Part shown: positions 10,951 through 21,044 of the stretch, piece after piece
How positions within the stretch are numbered: the stretch's first letter is position 1
Layout: each line of letters begins with the position of its first letter
Assembly (NCBI GenBank): GCA_037137535.1
Contig: JBAXKC010000009.1
Coordinates: 1-64,000 of the forward strand
Source of the DNA: a bacterium
GTDB lineage: Bacteria; Cyanobacteriota; Vampirovibrionia; Gastranaerophilales; JBAXKC01
DNA length: 64,000 nucleotides
Direction of reading: 5' to 3'
Translations under genes and position numbers: made by a program
The notes under the pieces: model-generated
What the model was told of the DNA's origin: nothing
The model's database searches: none
Seen by the model: only the letters and a program-made list of their open reading frames with translations

Positions 10951-12066
10951 ATGAAGATATCAGTAATCGGAGCAAGAGGAATTCCAGCAACTTACGGGGG
11001 AATAGAAAAGCATTGTGAAGAAATTTACACAAGATTAGCAGAAAAAGGCCATGAAATAACAATTTATGCCCGACAAAATTATCTTGAAAAAAACTTAAAA
11101 GAATATAAAGGTATAAATATAAAAAATTTATGGACTTTTAAGTCAAAAGGGATTGAAGCAAGCTTTCACACACTTATATCTTGCTTACATGAATTATTTA
11201 ATGACTCAGATATTGTTCATTTTCACGCACAAGGACCATGCATGTTTGCATGGATTATAAAATTGTTTAACCCGCAAAAACAGCTATTTTTTACTTGCCA
11301 TGGAATAGATTGGCAAAGAAATAAATGGAGTAAATTTGCAAAGTTAATGATAAAATTCGGTGAAAAACAAAGTGGTACAATATTTGATACGCAAATAGTA
11401 GTTTCAGAATCATTGGCAAATTATTACAGACATACATACAACAAAACAAATCCTGTAATAATAACAAATGGAACAAATATAGAAGAACAGAAGAAAACAT
11501 CAAAATGCTTAAAAAAATTCAAACTAAGCAGAGATAACTACATGGTTTTTGTTGGAAGACTTGTTCCTGAAAAAGCACCACATAGATTAATAGAAGCCTA
11601 TTTAGAATTAAAGACAAATAAAAAACTTGTTATAGTAGGTGATTCAGCTGCTACAGATGACTATGTAAATTACATGAAAAATATAGCTAAAAATGATAAA
11701 AGAATTATCTTCACATCATATTTATACGGTGATGAACTGGCAGAAATATATTCGAATGCTGATTTATATATATCAACCTCAGAACTTGAAGGTTTACCAC
11801 TAACTTTACTTGAAGCAATGTCTTATGGTATTCCCGCACTTGTAAGTCCTATTGATCCACATATTGAAGTTATTGGAAACGAAGAATATGGATATCTGTT
11901 TGATTCTTTAAGCCAAGAAGATATTAAAAACAAGTTAGAATACATATTAAGTTTAGATACAGATGAAATAAAAGAAAAAGGACAAATAGGCAAACAAAAA
12001 ATAAATAGAAATCACAATTGGAACGCTGTAACAAAAAAACTTGAAATGTTGTATCAATTAACATAA
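10951..12066 (+). CDS. Glycosyltransferase family 4 (GT-B)
   Basis: IGARGIPATYGGIE, FVGRLVPEK, EGLPLTLLEAMSYG motifs. Confidence 0.9.
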   Translation: MKISVIGARGIPATYGGIEKHCEEIYTRLAEKGHEITIYARQNYLEKNLKEYKGINIKNLWTFKSKGIEASFHTLISCLHELFNDSDIVHFHAQGPCMFAWIIKLFNPQKQLFFTCHGIDWQRNKWSKFAKLMIKFGEKQSGTIFDTQIVVSESLANYYRHTYNKTNPVIITNGTNIEEQKKTSKCLKKFKLSRDNYMVFVGRLVPEKAPHRLIEAYLELKTNKKLVIVGDSAATDDYVNYMKNIAKNDKRIIFTSYLYGDELAEIYSNADLYISTSELEGLPLTLLEAMSYGIPALVSPIDPHIEVIGNEEYGYLFDSLSQEDIKNKLEYILSLDTDEIKEKGQIGKQKINRNHNWNAVTKKLEMLYQLT

Positions 12067-12074
12067 ATAAAACT

Positions 12075-12109
12075 AAAGAAAGCTGAAATAATATCTCAGC
12101 TTTCTTTTT
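12075..12109. terminator. Bidirectional intrinsic terminator between the GT4 gene and fabF
   Basis: aaagaaagctga ... tcagctttcttt hairpin with T/A tails. Confidence 0.7.
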
Positions 12110-12135
12110 ATAATTATATGGATTTATATGTTAAA

Positions 12136-13398
12136 TTAATCTACATATTTTTTGAAGATTAATGAAGCATTATGACCACCAAAACCGAAGGAGTTAGACA
12201 TTACTGCATTAATATTGTCAACTTTTCTTGCGGTGTTAGCAACATAATCTAAATCACATTTATCATCAGGATCTTCAAGGTTGATAGTTGGAGGAACAAT
12301 GCCTGTTTCAATTGCTTTTACGCAAGCAATAGCTTCAACAGCTCCAGCAGCACCTAAAAGGTGACCTATCATACTCTTTGTTGAACTTACTAATAATCCA
12401 TTTGTAGCATATTCGCCAAAAATTCTCTTAACAGCAAGTGTTTCTGCTACGTCGCCAAGTGAAGTACTTGTACCATGAGCATTGATGTACTGAATTTCTT
12501 CAGGAGCTATTCCAGCATCTTTAATAGCTTCAGTCATTGCTCTAGCTGCACCATCACCATCAGCACATGGAGCAACAATATCGTTTGCATCAGCAGAAGA
12601 ACCATAACCTATGAACTCAGCATAAATTTTAGCGCCTCTGGCTTTAGCATGCTCAAGCTCTTCCATAACTAGGATACCAGCACCTTCAGACATAACAAAC
12701 CCATCTCTGCCTTTGTCAAAAGGTCTGCTAGCTCTTTCAGGCTCATCATTTCTTGTAGATAATGTTCTAGCACTTGAAAAACCTGCAATTGCTAATTGTG
12801 TCAATGGAGCTTCAGCACCACCTGCAAATATAACATCAGCATCACCATAAACAATTGCTCTAAAAGCATCGCCTATTGAGTGTGAAGCTGTCGCACAAGC
12901 AGTTACAACACATTTATTAATACCTTTTGCATTAAGCATGATAGAAATTCTGCCTGCAGCCATATCAACAATCATCATAGGAACTGTGAACGGACTACAT
13001 TTAGAAGGACCTTTTTCCATAATAGCTCTGTGGTTTTGCTCGATGGTTCCAATACCACCTGCAGCACTACCAACAATAACACCGACTCTAGTAGGATCAA
13101 CTTTTGTCATATCCAGACCGGCATCTTCAGCAGCAAATTTAGCAGCTACAACAGCGTGCTGAGTAAACCTATCCATTCTCTTGGCTTCTTTTTTATCAAC
13201 ATACAAACCAGGATCAAAATTAGGAACTTCACCGCCAATTTTAACTGAGTGTGCAGACACATCAGTTATTGTTATAGGCTTAATGCCGCTTTTGCCTTGA
13301 GATAAGTTTTCCCAGAATAAGTCAACGCCGACGCCATAAGGGCTTACGGCTCCCATTCCGGTAATTACAACTCTTCTGGCTCTTTTATTCATTGTCAT
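12136..13398 (-). CDS. fabF: 3-oxoacyl-ACP synthase II
   Basis: [13 protein letters not shown] active site, [25 protein letters not shown]. Confidence 0.96.
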   Translation of the reverse strand: MTMNKRARRVVITGMGAVSPYGVGVDLFWENLSQGKSGIKPITITDVSAHSVKIGGEVPNFDPGLYVDKKEAKRMDRFTQHAVVAAKFAAEDAGLDMTKVDPTRVGVIVGSAAGGIGTIEQNHRAIMEKGPSKCSPFTVPMMIVDMAAGRISIMLNAKGINKCVVTACATASHSIGDAFRAIVYGDADVIFAGGAEAPLTQLAIAGFSSARTLSTRNDEPERASRPFDKGRDGFVMSEGAGILVMEELEHAKARGAKIYAEFIGYGSSADANDIVAPCADGDGAARAMTEAIKDAGIAPEEIQYINAHGTSTSLGDVAETLAVKRIFGEYATNGLLVSSTKSMIGHLLGAAGAVEAIACVKAIETGIVPPTINLEDPDDKCDLDYVANTARKVDNINAVMSNSFGFGGHNASLIFKKYVD

Positions 13399-13443
13399 AT
13401 CCTTAATTCACTTATGCGTAATATTTTTCGACTCTTTAAAAAA

Positions 13444-13677
13444 CTATGAATTTGCTTTAACAAATTTAACTGCATCAGCAACAGTAACGATTTTTTCAGC
13501 ATCTTCATCAGGAATTTCAACGCCGAACTCTTCTTCAAAAGCCATTACTAATTCAACTGTATCTAATGAATCAGCACCTAAATCAGCTGTAAAACTAGCT
13601 GTTTCAGTAACTTCTGCTTCATCAACACTTAATTGCTCAACTACTACTTTTTTTACTCTTTCAAATATTTCAGTCAT
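13444..13677 (-). CDS. acpP: Acyl carrier protein
   Basis: [20 protein letters not shown]. Confidence 0.97.
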   Translation of the reverse strand: MTEIFERVKKVVVEQLSVDEAEVTETASFTADLGADSLDTVELVMAFEEEFGVEIPDEDAEKIVTVADAVKFVKANS

Positions 13678-13775
13678 TCTTAAATCTCCTAAATTAATAA
13701 ATAAGTATACATACGTCTTTGAGAATTATACATAAACAATAATAATTGTCATAGATTTTATATCAAATTGTAAAA

Positions 13776-14504
13776 TTATATAACAAGTCCGCCATCAATG
13801 CCGATTACTTGACCTGTAATATAACTTGCTGAACTAGCTAAAAATACTACTGCATTAGCAATATCTTCAGGTTGTCCAAGTTTGCCCATTGGAATTCTTT
13901 CAACAATTTTTGAAGTATCCAATTCATGAGTCATATCTGTTGCAATGAAACCAGGAGCTATCGCATTAACTGCTACACCTCTTGGAGCTAATTCTTTGGC
14001 AACAGCCTTTGTAAATCCGATCAAACCAGACTTAGCAGCTGAATAGTTAGCCTGACCTGCATTACCATAAACACCACTTATGCTGGAAATATTAATAATA
14101 CTTCCTGAACGCTGTTTCATCATGATTTTAGCAGCAGGTTTTGTTACATAGAACGCACTGTTTAAATTGGTATTAATAACTTTTAACCAATCTTCGTCGG
14201 ACATTCTAATTAATAAACCATCTTTTGTAATGCCTGCATTGTTAACTAATACATCTAATCTTCCATATTCTTTGGAAATTTGATCCATCATCACTTTTAC
14301 GGCATCCGCATCTGAAATATCACATTTGATAGCAGCTGCATCACCGCCAAGTGCTTTAATTTCTTCAACTACAGCATTTGCACCTGCTTCACTGCTAACA
14401 TAATTGATAACTGTGAAAAACCCTGCTTTTGCAAGAGCAATAGCGCAGACTTTGCCAATTCCTCTTGAAGCACCTGTGACTAAAGCAATTTTTTTATCGC
14501 TCAT
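13776..14504 (-). CDS. fabG: 3-oxoacyl-ACP reductase
   Basis: TGASRGIG, NNAGIT, YSAAK; fab cluster context. Confidence 0.95.
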   Translation of the reverse strand: MSDKKIALVTGASRGIGKVCAIALAKAGFFTVINYVSSEAGANAVVEEIKALGGDAAAIKCDISDADAVKVMMDQISKEYGRLDVLVNNAGITKDGLLIRMSDEDWLKVINTNLNSAFYVTKPAAKIMMKQRSGSIINISSISGVYGNAGQANYSAAKSGLIGFTKAVAKELAPRGVAVNAIAPGFIATDMTHELDTSKIVERIPMGKLGQPEDIANAVVFLASSASYITGQVIGIDGGLVI

Positions 14505-14517
14505 TATTAAATATTCC

Positions 14518-15459
14518 TTATACCTGAACTAAGTCATTTATTGCAGTTACAACTTTATTTAATGAATCAATATCTTGAACATTATAAACAGTTGCAGAAC
14601 GAGAAATTTTCTTTACCATACCTGATAAAACTTTACCTGGCCCAATTTCAATAAAAGTATCGATACCTTGTTCAACCATTAAAGCTACTGATTGCTTCCA
14701 AAATACTGAAGAATAAATTTGTTCAGCCATTTTATTTCTGAATTCATCTTTATCAGTTGTTATTTTGCCGTCAGTATTTGTTATAACAGGTATTACAGCA
14801 TCTAAAACTTCAAAATTTTCTATCCAATTTTTAAAGTTGTCTGCAGCTTCTTTCATTAAAGGTGAGTGGAATGCACCGCTCACAGCCAAAGGTACAACTC
14901 TTTTTGCACCGGCTTCAGCACATAATTTATTAGCTTCTTCTACAGCAACTGACTCGCCTGTAATAACAGTCTGATCAGGTGTATTATAATTTGCTACGCT
15001 TATTGTTCCTAATTTTGAACAATTTTCAATTACTTCATTTAATTTATCATCAGCTAAGTTTAAAATTGCCGACATTGCTCCTGATTTAGCATCATTCATT
15101 AATTCAGCCCTTCTTTGAACTAATTTAATTACTGTTTCTAAATCAACGGCTTTTGCATTATATAATGCGGCATATTCACCCAAACTATGTCCTGCGACAA
15201 ATTCAGGTTTAATGTTAAGTTTTTCATTTAATACTTCTAAAGCAGCTATTGAAGTTGCTAAAATACAGGGTTGAGTATTAATTGTCATTTTAAGTTCATC
15301 TTCCGGCCCTTCAAAGCAAAGCTTTGCAATGTCTTTACCGGTAACTTCATTAAATTTTTCAAATATATTTTTTGCACAATCAAAATTGTCGTATAAATCT
15401 TTTCCCATCCCGACAAACTGAGAACCTTGTCCCGGGAAAATGAATGCAACCTTTTTCAT
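14518..15459 (-). CDS. fabD: Malonyl-CoA:ACP transacylase
   Basis: FPGQGSQ, GHSLGEY, AFHSPLM; start moved to ATG 15459 (MKKVAF). Confidence 0.95.
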   Translation of the reverse strand: MKKVAFIFPGQGSQFVGMGKDLYDNFDCAKNIFEKFNEVTGKDIAKLCFEGPEDELKMTINTQPCILATSIAALEVLNEKLNIKPEFVAGHSLGEYAALYNAKAVDLETVIKLVQRRAELMNDAKSGAMSAILNLADDKLNEVIENCSKLGTISVANYNTPDQTVITGESVAVEEANKLCAEAGAKRVVPLAVSGAFHSPLMKEAADNFKNWIENFEVLDAVIPVITNTDGKITTDKDEFRNKMAEQIYSSVFWKQSVALMVEQGIDTFIEIGPGKVLSGMVKKISRSATVYNVQDIDSLNKVVTAINDLVQV

Positions 15460-15461
15460 AC

Positions 15462-16487
15462 CTACCCCTGTTTTTTTCTTTGATCTTGAGCTCTCCATCT
15501 GATTATTGCAGTTCCCCAGGTTAAACCTGCTCCAAAACCACATAATGCCATAACAGACGGAATATTTATTTTTTCATTTTCTATTGCTTCACACAACGCA
15601 ATTGCAACTGAAGCTGTAGAAGTATTTCCATATTTATCAAGATTAACAATAGCTTGTTCTTCTTTTAAATTTAATCTTTCGGAAATAGCACTAACTATTC
15701 TTATATTTGCCTGATGCGGAATAAAATAATCTAAATCGTCAATTGTCATTCCTGCAAGCTCAAGAGCGGATCTTATTGATGCTGGTACCGCAGTTACTGC
15801 AAATTTATAAATTTCTTTACCATTCATTGCGACATAAGGCGGTCTTTGATCTCTCGGAGTGACTAAAGGACAATTCTCACCATTTAGAGGGATTTTTAAT
15901 TCATTTGCTTTTGAGCCATCAGCTTGTATTTTCACAGATAAAAGATCGTTAACACCGTCTTCTGATTTTGTAAGAACTAACGCACCTGCACCGTCACCAA
16001 AGAGGATACATGTGCCTCTGTCAGTCCAATCAATATATCTTGAATGAACATCAACACCAATCAATAATACAGTTTTATAAGTACCTGTCATGATAAAGTT
16101 TCTTGCAATATTCATTCCATAAACCAGACCACTACAAGCAGCAACAATATCAAAAGCCGCAGCATTTTTAGCACCGATTGCCGATTGAACTTCACATGCA
16201 GTTGACGGATATAGATTATCAGGTAAAGAAGTTGCTGTAATGATAAGATCAACATCTTCTGCATTTATGCCCGCAAAACCTAAAGCATCTTTAGCTGCAG
16301 TCACTGCAAGTGATACTGATGTTTCATTACCGCTTACGACTCTACGTTCTTTAATACCTGTTCTTGATACAATCCATTCTTCGTTGGTATCAACTATTTT
16401 AGATAAATCTTCATTAGTTATTACGGTTTCAGGAAGACCTTTCCCCACACCAACAATTGAAACTGAATTCAGCTCTCTATTATTCAT
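15462..16487 (-). CDS. fabH: 3-oxoacyl-ACP synthase III
   Basis: AACSG, PHQANIRI, YGNTS, GFGAGLTWG. Confidence 0.96.
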   Translation of the reverse strand: MNNRELNSVSIVGVGKGLPETVITNEDLSKIVDTNEEWIVSRTGIKERRVVSGNETSVSLAVTAAKDALGFAGINAEDVDLIITATSLPDNLYPSTACEVQSAIGAKNAAAFDIVAACSGLVYGMNIARNFIMTGTYKTVLLIGVDVHSRYIDWTDRGTCILFGDGAGALVLTKSEDGVNDLLSVKIQADGSKANELKIPLNGENCPLVTPRDQRPPYVAMNGKEIYKFAVTAVPASIRSALELAGMTIDDLDYFIPHQANIRIVSAISERLNLKEEQAIVNLDKYGNTSTASVAIALCEAIENEKINIPSVMALCGFGAGLTWGTAIIRWRAQDQRKKQG

Positions 16488-17485
16488 AATCTATTAGACT
16501 CATACATTTCTGATATTTTACCGTTTACATCTTTTTCAACGGATTCTTTAGCTACTCTTATAGCATTTTTAATAGCATCATATTTACTTCCGCCATGCGC
16601 AATTACACATGAACCGTTAATACCAAGTAAAAGTGCGCCACCATACTCTGAATAATCTGATTTTTTCTTTAAGTTCATAAGTGCTGAACGGGCAATTAAT
16701 GCTCCCAGTTTAGCAACCCATGATTTTTTCAATTCATCTTTAAGCATTTTGACAACCATACGAGCAACACCCTCGGTAACTTTGAGAGTAATATTGCCAA
16801 CAAAGCCATCGCAAACAATTACGTCACTTGCACCCATAAAGAGCTCTCTACCTTCAACGTTTCCTATGAAATTAAGAGCTTCTTTATGTTCTGCAAATAA
16901 TTTATAAGCATTTACTGCAAGTTCATTACCTTTGCTGGACTCTTCACCGATATTTAAAATACCGACTCTAGGCTTATCAACACCAATAACGCACTTGGAA
17001 AATATACTTCCCATAATAGCAAATTGATATAGCATATGTGGCTCGCATGTACTGTTCGCACCTGCATCAACAAGGACGACAGGACCTTCCATAGTTGGCA
17101 TAACGCAAGCTATAACAGGTCTATCTATACCGGGCAATCGTCCCAATCCAAATAAACTTGCTGCCATTGCCGCACCGGTACTGCCCGCTGCAACAAGAGC
17201 TTGTGACTCGCCTTTTGCAACAGCATCAACTGCAACAACTATAGAAGCTTTTTTCTTTCTTCTTAAAGCCGCAGCAGGTGCTTCACCCATTTCGATAATT
17301 TCATCAGCTTGTGTGAGTTTAATGTCCAAACCATCAATATTGTATTTGGCTAATTCACGTTCAATTTTGTCAATTTGACCTACTAATTGCAAGCCTATGT
17401 TATATTCTCGTGCAGCTAATACTGCTCCTTTGACTATTTCTTCAGGAGCGTAATCTCCGCCCATTGCATCAATTGCTATTCTCAT
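16484..17485 (-). CDS. plsX: Phosphate acyltransferase PlsX
   Basis: IAIDAMGGDYAP, CDGFVGN, YGGALLLG, AHG motifs. Confidence 0.96.
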   Translation of the reverse strand: MRIAIDAMGGDYAPEEIVKGAVLAAREYNIGLQLVGQIDKIERELAKYNIDGLDIKLTQADEIIEMGEAPAAALRRKKKASIVVAVDAVAKGESQALVAAGSTGAAMAASLFGLGRLPGIDRPVIACVMPTMEGPVVLVDAGANSTCEPHMLYQFAIMGSIFSKCVIGVDKPRVGILNIGEESSKGNELAVNAYKLFAEHKEALNFIGNVEGRELFMGASDVIVCDGFVGNITLKVTEGVARMVVKMLKDELKKSWVAKLGALIARSALMNLKKKSDYSEYGGALLLGINGSCVIAHGGSKYDAIKNAIRVAKESVEKDVNGKISEMYESNRL

Positions 17486-17496
17486 AATAATTTAGC

Positions 17497-17676
17497 TTAT
17501 TTTTCTAGTTTTACACTTACTAACTTACCGGCATAGAATCCACATGAGCACACAGTGTGGCTGTATGTCATTTCATTACAGTTTTTGCATTTTGTAATGG
17601 TTGGAAGAGTTGCTTTCCATTTTGATCTTCTGTGACCTTGTGCGGATCTACCTGTTCTTTTCTTAGGACATGCCAT
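17497..17676 (-). CDS. rpmF: 50S ribosomal protein L32
   Basis: Below the ORF-track cutoff; hand translation MACPKKRTGRSAQGHRRSKWKATLPTITKCKNCNEMTYSHTVCSCGFYAGKLVSVKLEK (59 aa), between yceD and plsX. Confidence 0.93.
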   Translation of the reverse strand: MACPKKRTGRSAQGHRRSKWKATLPTITKCKNCNEMTYSHTVCSCGFYAGKLVSVKLEK

Positions 17677-17698
17677 AATAACACCTTACCTTCTTTAT

Positions 17699-18190
17699 CT
17701 AGTTTTCTTCCGATAACTTTTTAAAAATTTCTAACCGAGGATCAACCAGTCCATCTATCTTGACTTTTTTATATTCCTCAGTTCCTTCGCATGCAAAATC
17801 GCAAAGTTTTTGACTTGGAATATTTAGTATTATTTCCTGATAAATAAATTCTGTCAAATCTATCTCTTCTTTATCCGCTAAATCTTCAACAAAATTTTCT
17901 CCTGTTAACTCGAATTCTTTAATTTGTTCATCAACGAGTTTTCCAAAGATTAATTTTTCATCAACGGCTATATCTAAAGGATAGCTAAACTCTTGCAGAC
18001 ATCTGTCACAATTAACAGCAACTTCAGTAGTGAATTCACCTTCAATATTAATGCCGTAGCCCTCAACTGACAGATTTAAAGCTCCTTTTACAGGCTGAAT
18101 CAAAGTTAAATCAGGTAATTGTTCAATATTTAACTTTACTTCAACTTGCTTTTCCGATAGATTTTTCAATTCTTCTATATTAATAATCAA
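17699..18190 (-). CDS. yceD: DUF177/YceD family protein
   Basis: CDRCL, IDLTEFIYQEIILNIP, LCDFACEG, DPRL; upstream of rpmF. Confidence 0.88.
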   Translation of the reverse strand: MIINIEELKNLSEKQVEVKLNIEQLPDLTLIQPVKGALNLSVEGYGINIEGEFTTEVAVNCDRCLQEFSYPLDIAVDEKLIFGKLVDEQIKEFELTGENFVEDLADKEEIDLTEFIYQEIILNIPSQKLCDFACEGTEEYKKVKIDGLVDPRLEIFKKLSEEN

Positions 18191-18344
18191 TTGAGACCGA
18201 CTTTCTTAATATTCAGGAAATTAGGACATAATAACCACATTATTTCATTCTATTGGCAAGATATTTTTTGTCAATAATGCCGCCGACTAGACAATAATTA
18301 AAGAGTGTTATTATTTTTAATATTTTACTAAATGTAAAAAATAA

Positions 18345-18375
18345 TAAAGAGTTCTTAATAAATTAGAACTCTTTA
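18345..18375. terminator. Hairpin, possible terminator
   Basis: taaagagttct ... agaactcttta. Confidence 0.45.
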
Positions 18376-18398
18376 ACAAAATTATTATTTAACTCGGG

Positions 18399-18539
18399 TC
18401 GCTAATTCAAATTATCAAAAACCCTCCCGCTTCCACCTATCAGTGGCAAATAGGCATAGCCTCTTTTGCATTTCTATAGATTTTTGATAATTTAAAACTT
18501 AATAATAATAAGGCTTTTGATTATTTGTGACTAAAGTTA
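18399..18539 (-). repeat. ~140-bp structured dispersed repeat, copy 1
   Basis: Reverse complement aligns nearly end to end with 60020-60160; internal inverted repeat aaattatcaaaaa...tttttgataattt around a GC-rich hairpin core. Confidence 0.85.
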
Positions 18540-18971
18540 TTTATTTTTCAACTTATAAATTCTTTGTCTTGCATCAGTAAAACGCTCAGCACCAGGGACT
18601 TCTTTTAGAAATTTCTCATAAGCCCTGATTGCTTCTTGTTTTTTATTTAAATTTTCAAGTATTAATCCTTCATTATAATAAGCCTGAGAATAATCAGGAT
18701 CGATAGCAAGAGCTTTTACGGTAGATTGATATGCACCTTCATTATCACCAAGTTCTTTCAACACCATACCTAAACCGACATATGCTTCAGTAAACTTAGG
18801 ATTTGCTGAGATAGCAGCTTCATAATTTACTTTTGCATTATTAAAATCACCTGATATAAGCATTTGATTTGCTTTTTTATAATAATAATCTGAATCCTGC
18901 GTAGCATGTATTTGAGTAATAGCTATAATACTTAAAGTAAAAACTAAAATTGCAAACTTTTTGAACTTCAT
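18537..18971 (-). CDS. Secreted TPR protein
   Basis: Signal peptide then TPR motifs (AYVGLGMVL, AYYNEGLIL). Confidence 0.85.
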   Translation of the reverse strand: MKFKKFAILVFTLSIIAITQIHATQDSDYYYKKANQMLISGDFNNAKVNYEAAISANPKFTEAYVGLGMVLKELGDNEGAYQSTVKALAIDPDYSQAYYNEGLILENLNKKQEAIRAYEKFLKEVPGAERFTDARQRIYKLKNK

Positions 18972-19034
18972 TTTCTTTATCCTACCTACACCATATTGTT
19001 ATTATCCCTCATTTTATTAAATTGTACTACTACA

Positions 19035-19062
19035 TAATCGGCTAAATTTTCAAATTGATTTA
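19035..19062 (-). promoter_or_regulatory. Possible weak sigma-28-like promoter for the TPR gene
   Basis: Minus strand TAAA-N16-GCCGATTA (one mismatch, spacer +1). Confidence 0.35.
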
Positions 19063-19112
19063 TCTCTGTTTTTCGCCTAAATTTAAACATGTAATTTGGC
19101 AAGGAGTAAGAT

Positions 19113-19613
19113 ATGGAAAGTACATTAAAAGGTAAGGCCTGGGTATATAAAGATAATGTTGATACTGACGTAATTATCCCTGCAAGATATCTGAACACAA
19201 CCGATGAAAATGAGCTTGCAAAATTCTGTATGGAAGATATTGATAAAAGCTTTGCACAAGAAGTTAAAGCAGGAGAAATTATAGTTGCGGGAGAAAATTT
19301 TGGCTGTGGAAGTTCAAGAGAGCACGCTCCCATTGCAATCAAAGCATGTGGAATCAGCGTTGTAATTGCTAAAAGTTTCGCCAGAATATTTTATAGAAAT
19401 GCAATAAATATCGGATTACCAATTTTAGAAAACAGTGAATTGCCTGATGAAGTAGACAAAGGCGATGAAATTGCAATTGACTTGACTAACGGAATAATTA
19501 AAAATTTAACAAAAAATAAAGAATATAAAGCATCAGCATTTCCTGAATCAATTCAGCAACTTATCAAAACAGGCGGATTGATTAACTATACAAAAGAAAA
19601 ATTAAATAAATAG
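19113..19613 (+). CDS. leuD: 3-isopropylmalate dehydratase small subunit
   Basis: [41 protein letters not shown]; adjacent to leuB. Confidence 0.92.
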   Translation: MESTLKGKAWVYKDNVDTDVIIPARYLNTTDENELAKFCMEDIDKSFAQEVKAGEIIVAGENFGCGSSREHAPIAIKACGISVVIAKSFARIFYRNAINIGLPILENSELPDEVDKGDEIAIDLTNGIIKNLTKNKEYKASAFPESIQQLIKTGGLINYTKEKLNK

Positions 19614-19625
19614 TAAGGAAAAACA

Positions 19626-20708
19626 ATGAAAGAATATAAAATAGCAGTTTTAAAAGGTGATGGTATCGGTCCTGAAATAATTACGCAGGGAATAAACGTA
19701 TTAAATGCTGTAGCTCAAAAGTTTGGTCATACATTTACCTTTACTGAAGGACTTATTGGCGGTATTGCTTACGAAAAAACAGGTCATCCTTTGCCTGAAG
19801 AAACCGTTGAACTTTGCAAAAATGCTGATGCGGTATACTTAGGTGCTGTAGGCGATTATAAATATGATACTATTGAACCGCATTTAAGACCAGAGCAAGC
19901 ACTTCTTGGAATAAGAAAAAAACTTAACCTGTTTGCTAATTTAAGACCCGTAGAGGTATTTGAAGAGCTTGCAGAGAGCTCAACGCTAAAAAAAGAATAT
20001 ATTAGCGGCATAGATATTATGATCCTTAGAGAGCTAACTGGTGGCGCTTATTTTGGAGAGCCACGAGGAATAGAAGTTCGAGATGGACAAAAAGTCGGAT
20101 TTAATACAATGGTTTATTCCGAGTTTGAAATTGAAAGAGCAGCTATAAGTGCTTTTGAAATCGCAAGAAAAAGAAATAAAAAACTTTGCTCGGTAGATAA
20201 GGCAAATGTTCTTGAAGTTTCAAGACTATGGAGAGAAGTAGTCAACAGAGTCGGTGAAAACTACAAAGATGTCGAGTTATCCCACATGTACGTTGATAAT
20301 GCGGCTATGCAACTTATCCGAAACCCGAAGCAATTTGATGTAATCCTTACTGAAAATTTATTCGGAGATATATTGTCAGATGCAGCCTCTATGCTTGCAG
20401 GATCATTAGGAATGTTAGCTAGTGCAAGTATGTCAGACACCAAAGCCGCTATTTATGAACCTATTCATGGAAGTGCGCCTGATATTGCAGGAAAAGGAAT
20501 CGCAAACCCGATAGCAACAATTCTTTCTGCTTCAATGATGCTAAAATACAGTTTTAATCTTGAAACTGAATCAGAAACCATTATAAAAGCCGTTAAAAAA
20601 GCTTTAAAAGAAGGTTATAGAACTGCTGACATAATGCAGGACGGCTGTACTCTCCTTACAACAGAAAAAATGGGAGAAGTAATTGCTTCAAATATAACAG
20701 TAGTGTAA
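19626..20708 (+). CDS. leuB: 3-isopropylmalate dehydrogenase
   Basis: [39 protein letters not shown]. Confidence 0.96.
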   Translation: MKEYKIAVLKGDGIGPEIITQGINVLNAVAQKFGHTFTFTEGLIGGIAYEKTGHPLPEETVELCKNADAVYLGAVGDYKYDTIEPHLRPEQALLGIRKKLNLFANLRPVEVFEELAESSTLKKEYISGIDIMILRELTGGAYFGEPRGIEVRDGQKVGFNTMVYSEFEIERAAISAFEIARKRNKKLCSVDKANVLEVSRLWREVVNRVGENYKDVELSHMYVDNAAMQLIRNPKQFDVILTENLFGDILSDAASMLAGSLGMLASASMSDTKAAIYEPIHGSAPDIAGKGIANPIATILSASMMLKYSFNLETESETIIKAVKKALKEGYRTADIMQDGCTLLTTEKMGEVIASNITVV

Positions 20709-20830
20709 ATTATACATTTAATACTCCTTTGTTACTCACTAAATATAGTCCTTTTGGCTAATCTGCATGACAAAAATTATTATCCTTAATGCTAGTGAAA
20801 TAACTTAAATAATTGGCTAATATATATTTA

Positions 20831-20930
20831 TAGCTGATAGAGAAAATCACCCTTAAAAAATAAAGAACCTTAATTTAGGTTTTTTCTCCAACGGAGAACT
20901 GGTGTGATATTCTTTATCAGCTACTTTTTT
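20831..20930 (+). ncRNA. Candidate structured ncRNA or small palindromic element
   Basis: 20-bp closing stem (tagctgatagagaaaatcac/gtgatattctttatcagcta), two internal hairpins and a U-tract. Confidence 0.4.
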
Positions 20931-21044
20931 GCTCCTAAATTTAAATATTTAGAAGTAAGCTCAATTATCTAAACATTTAGGTAATGTGATTTCATAACAA
21001 TTAACTTATTTTTAACGAGATGATTCAATAAAAGGAATAATCTC

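Noticed and set aside
12475-16497. Several short plus-strand ORFs within the fab cluster (and similar ones inside lon, pgk, leuD, glnA and the radical SAM gene)
   Set aside because: Antisense shadows of well-supported genes
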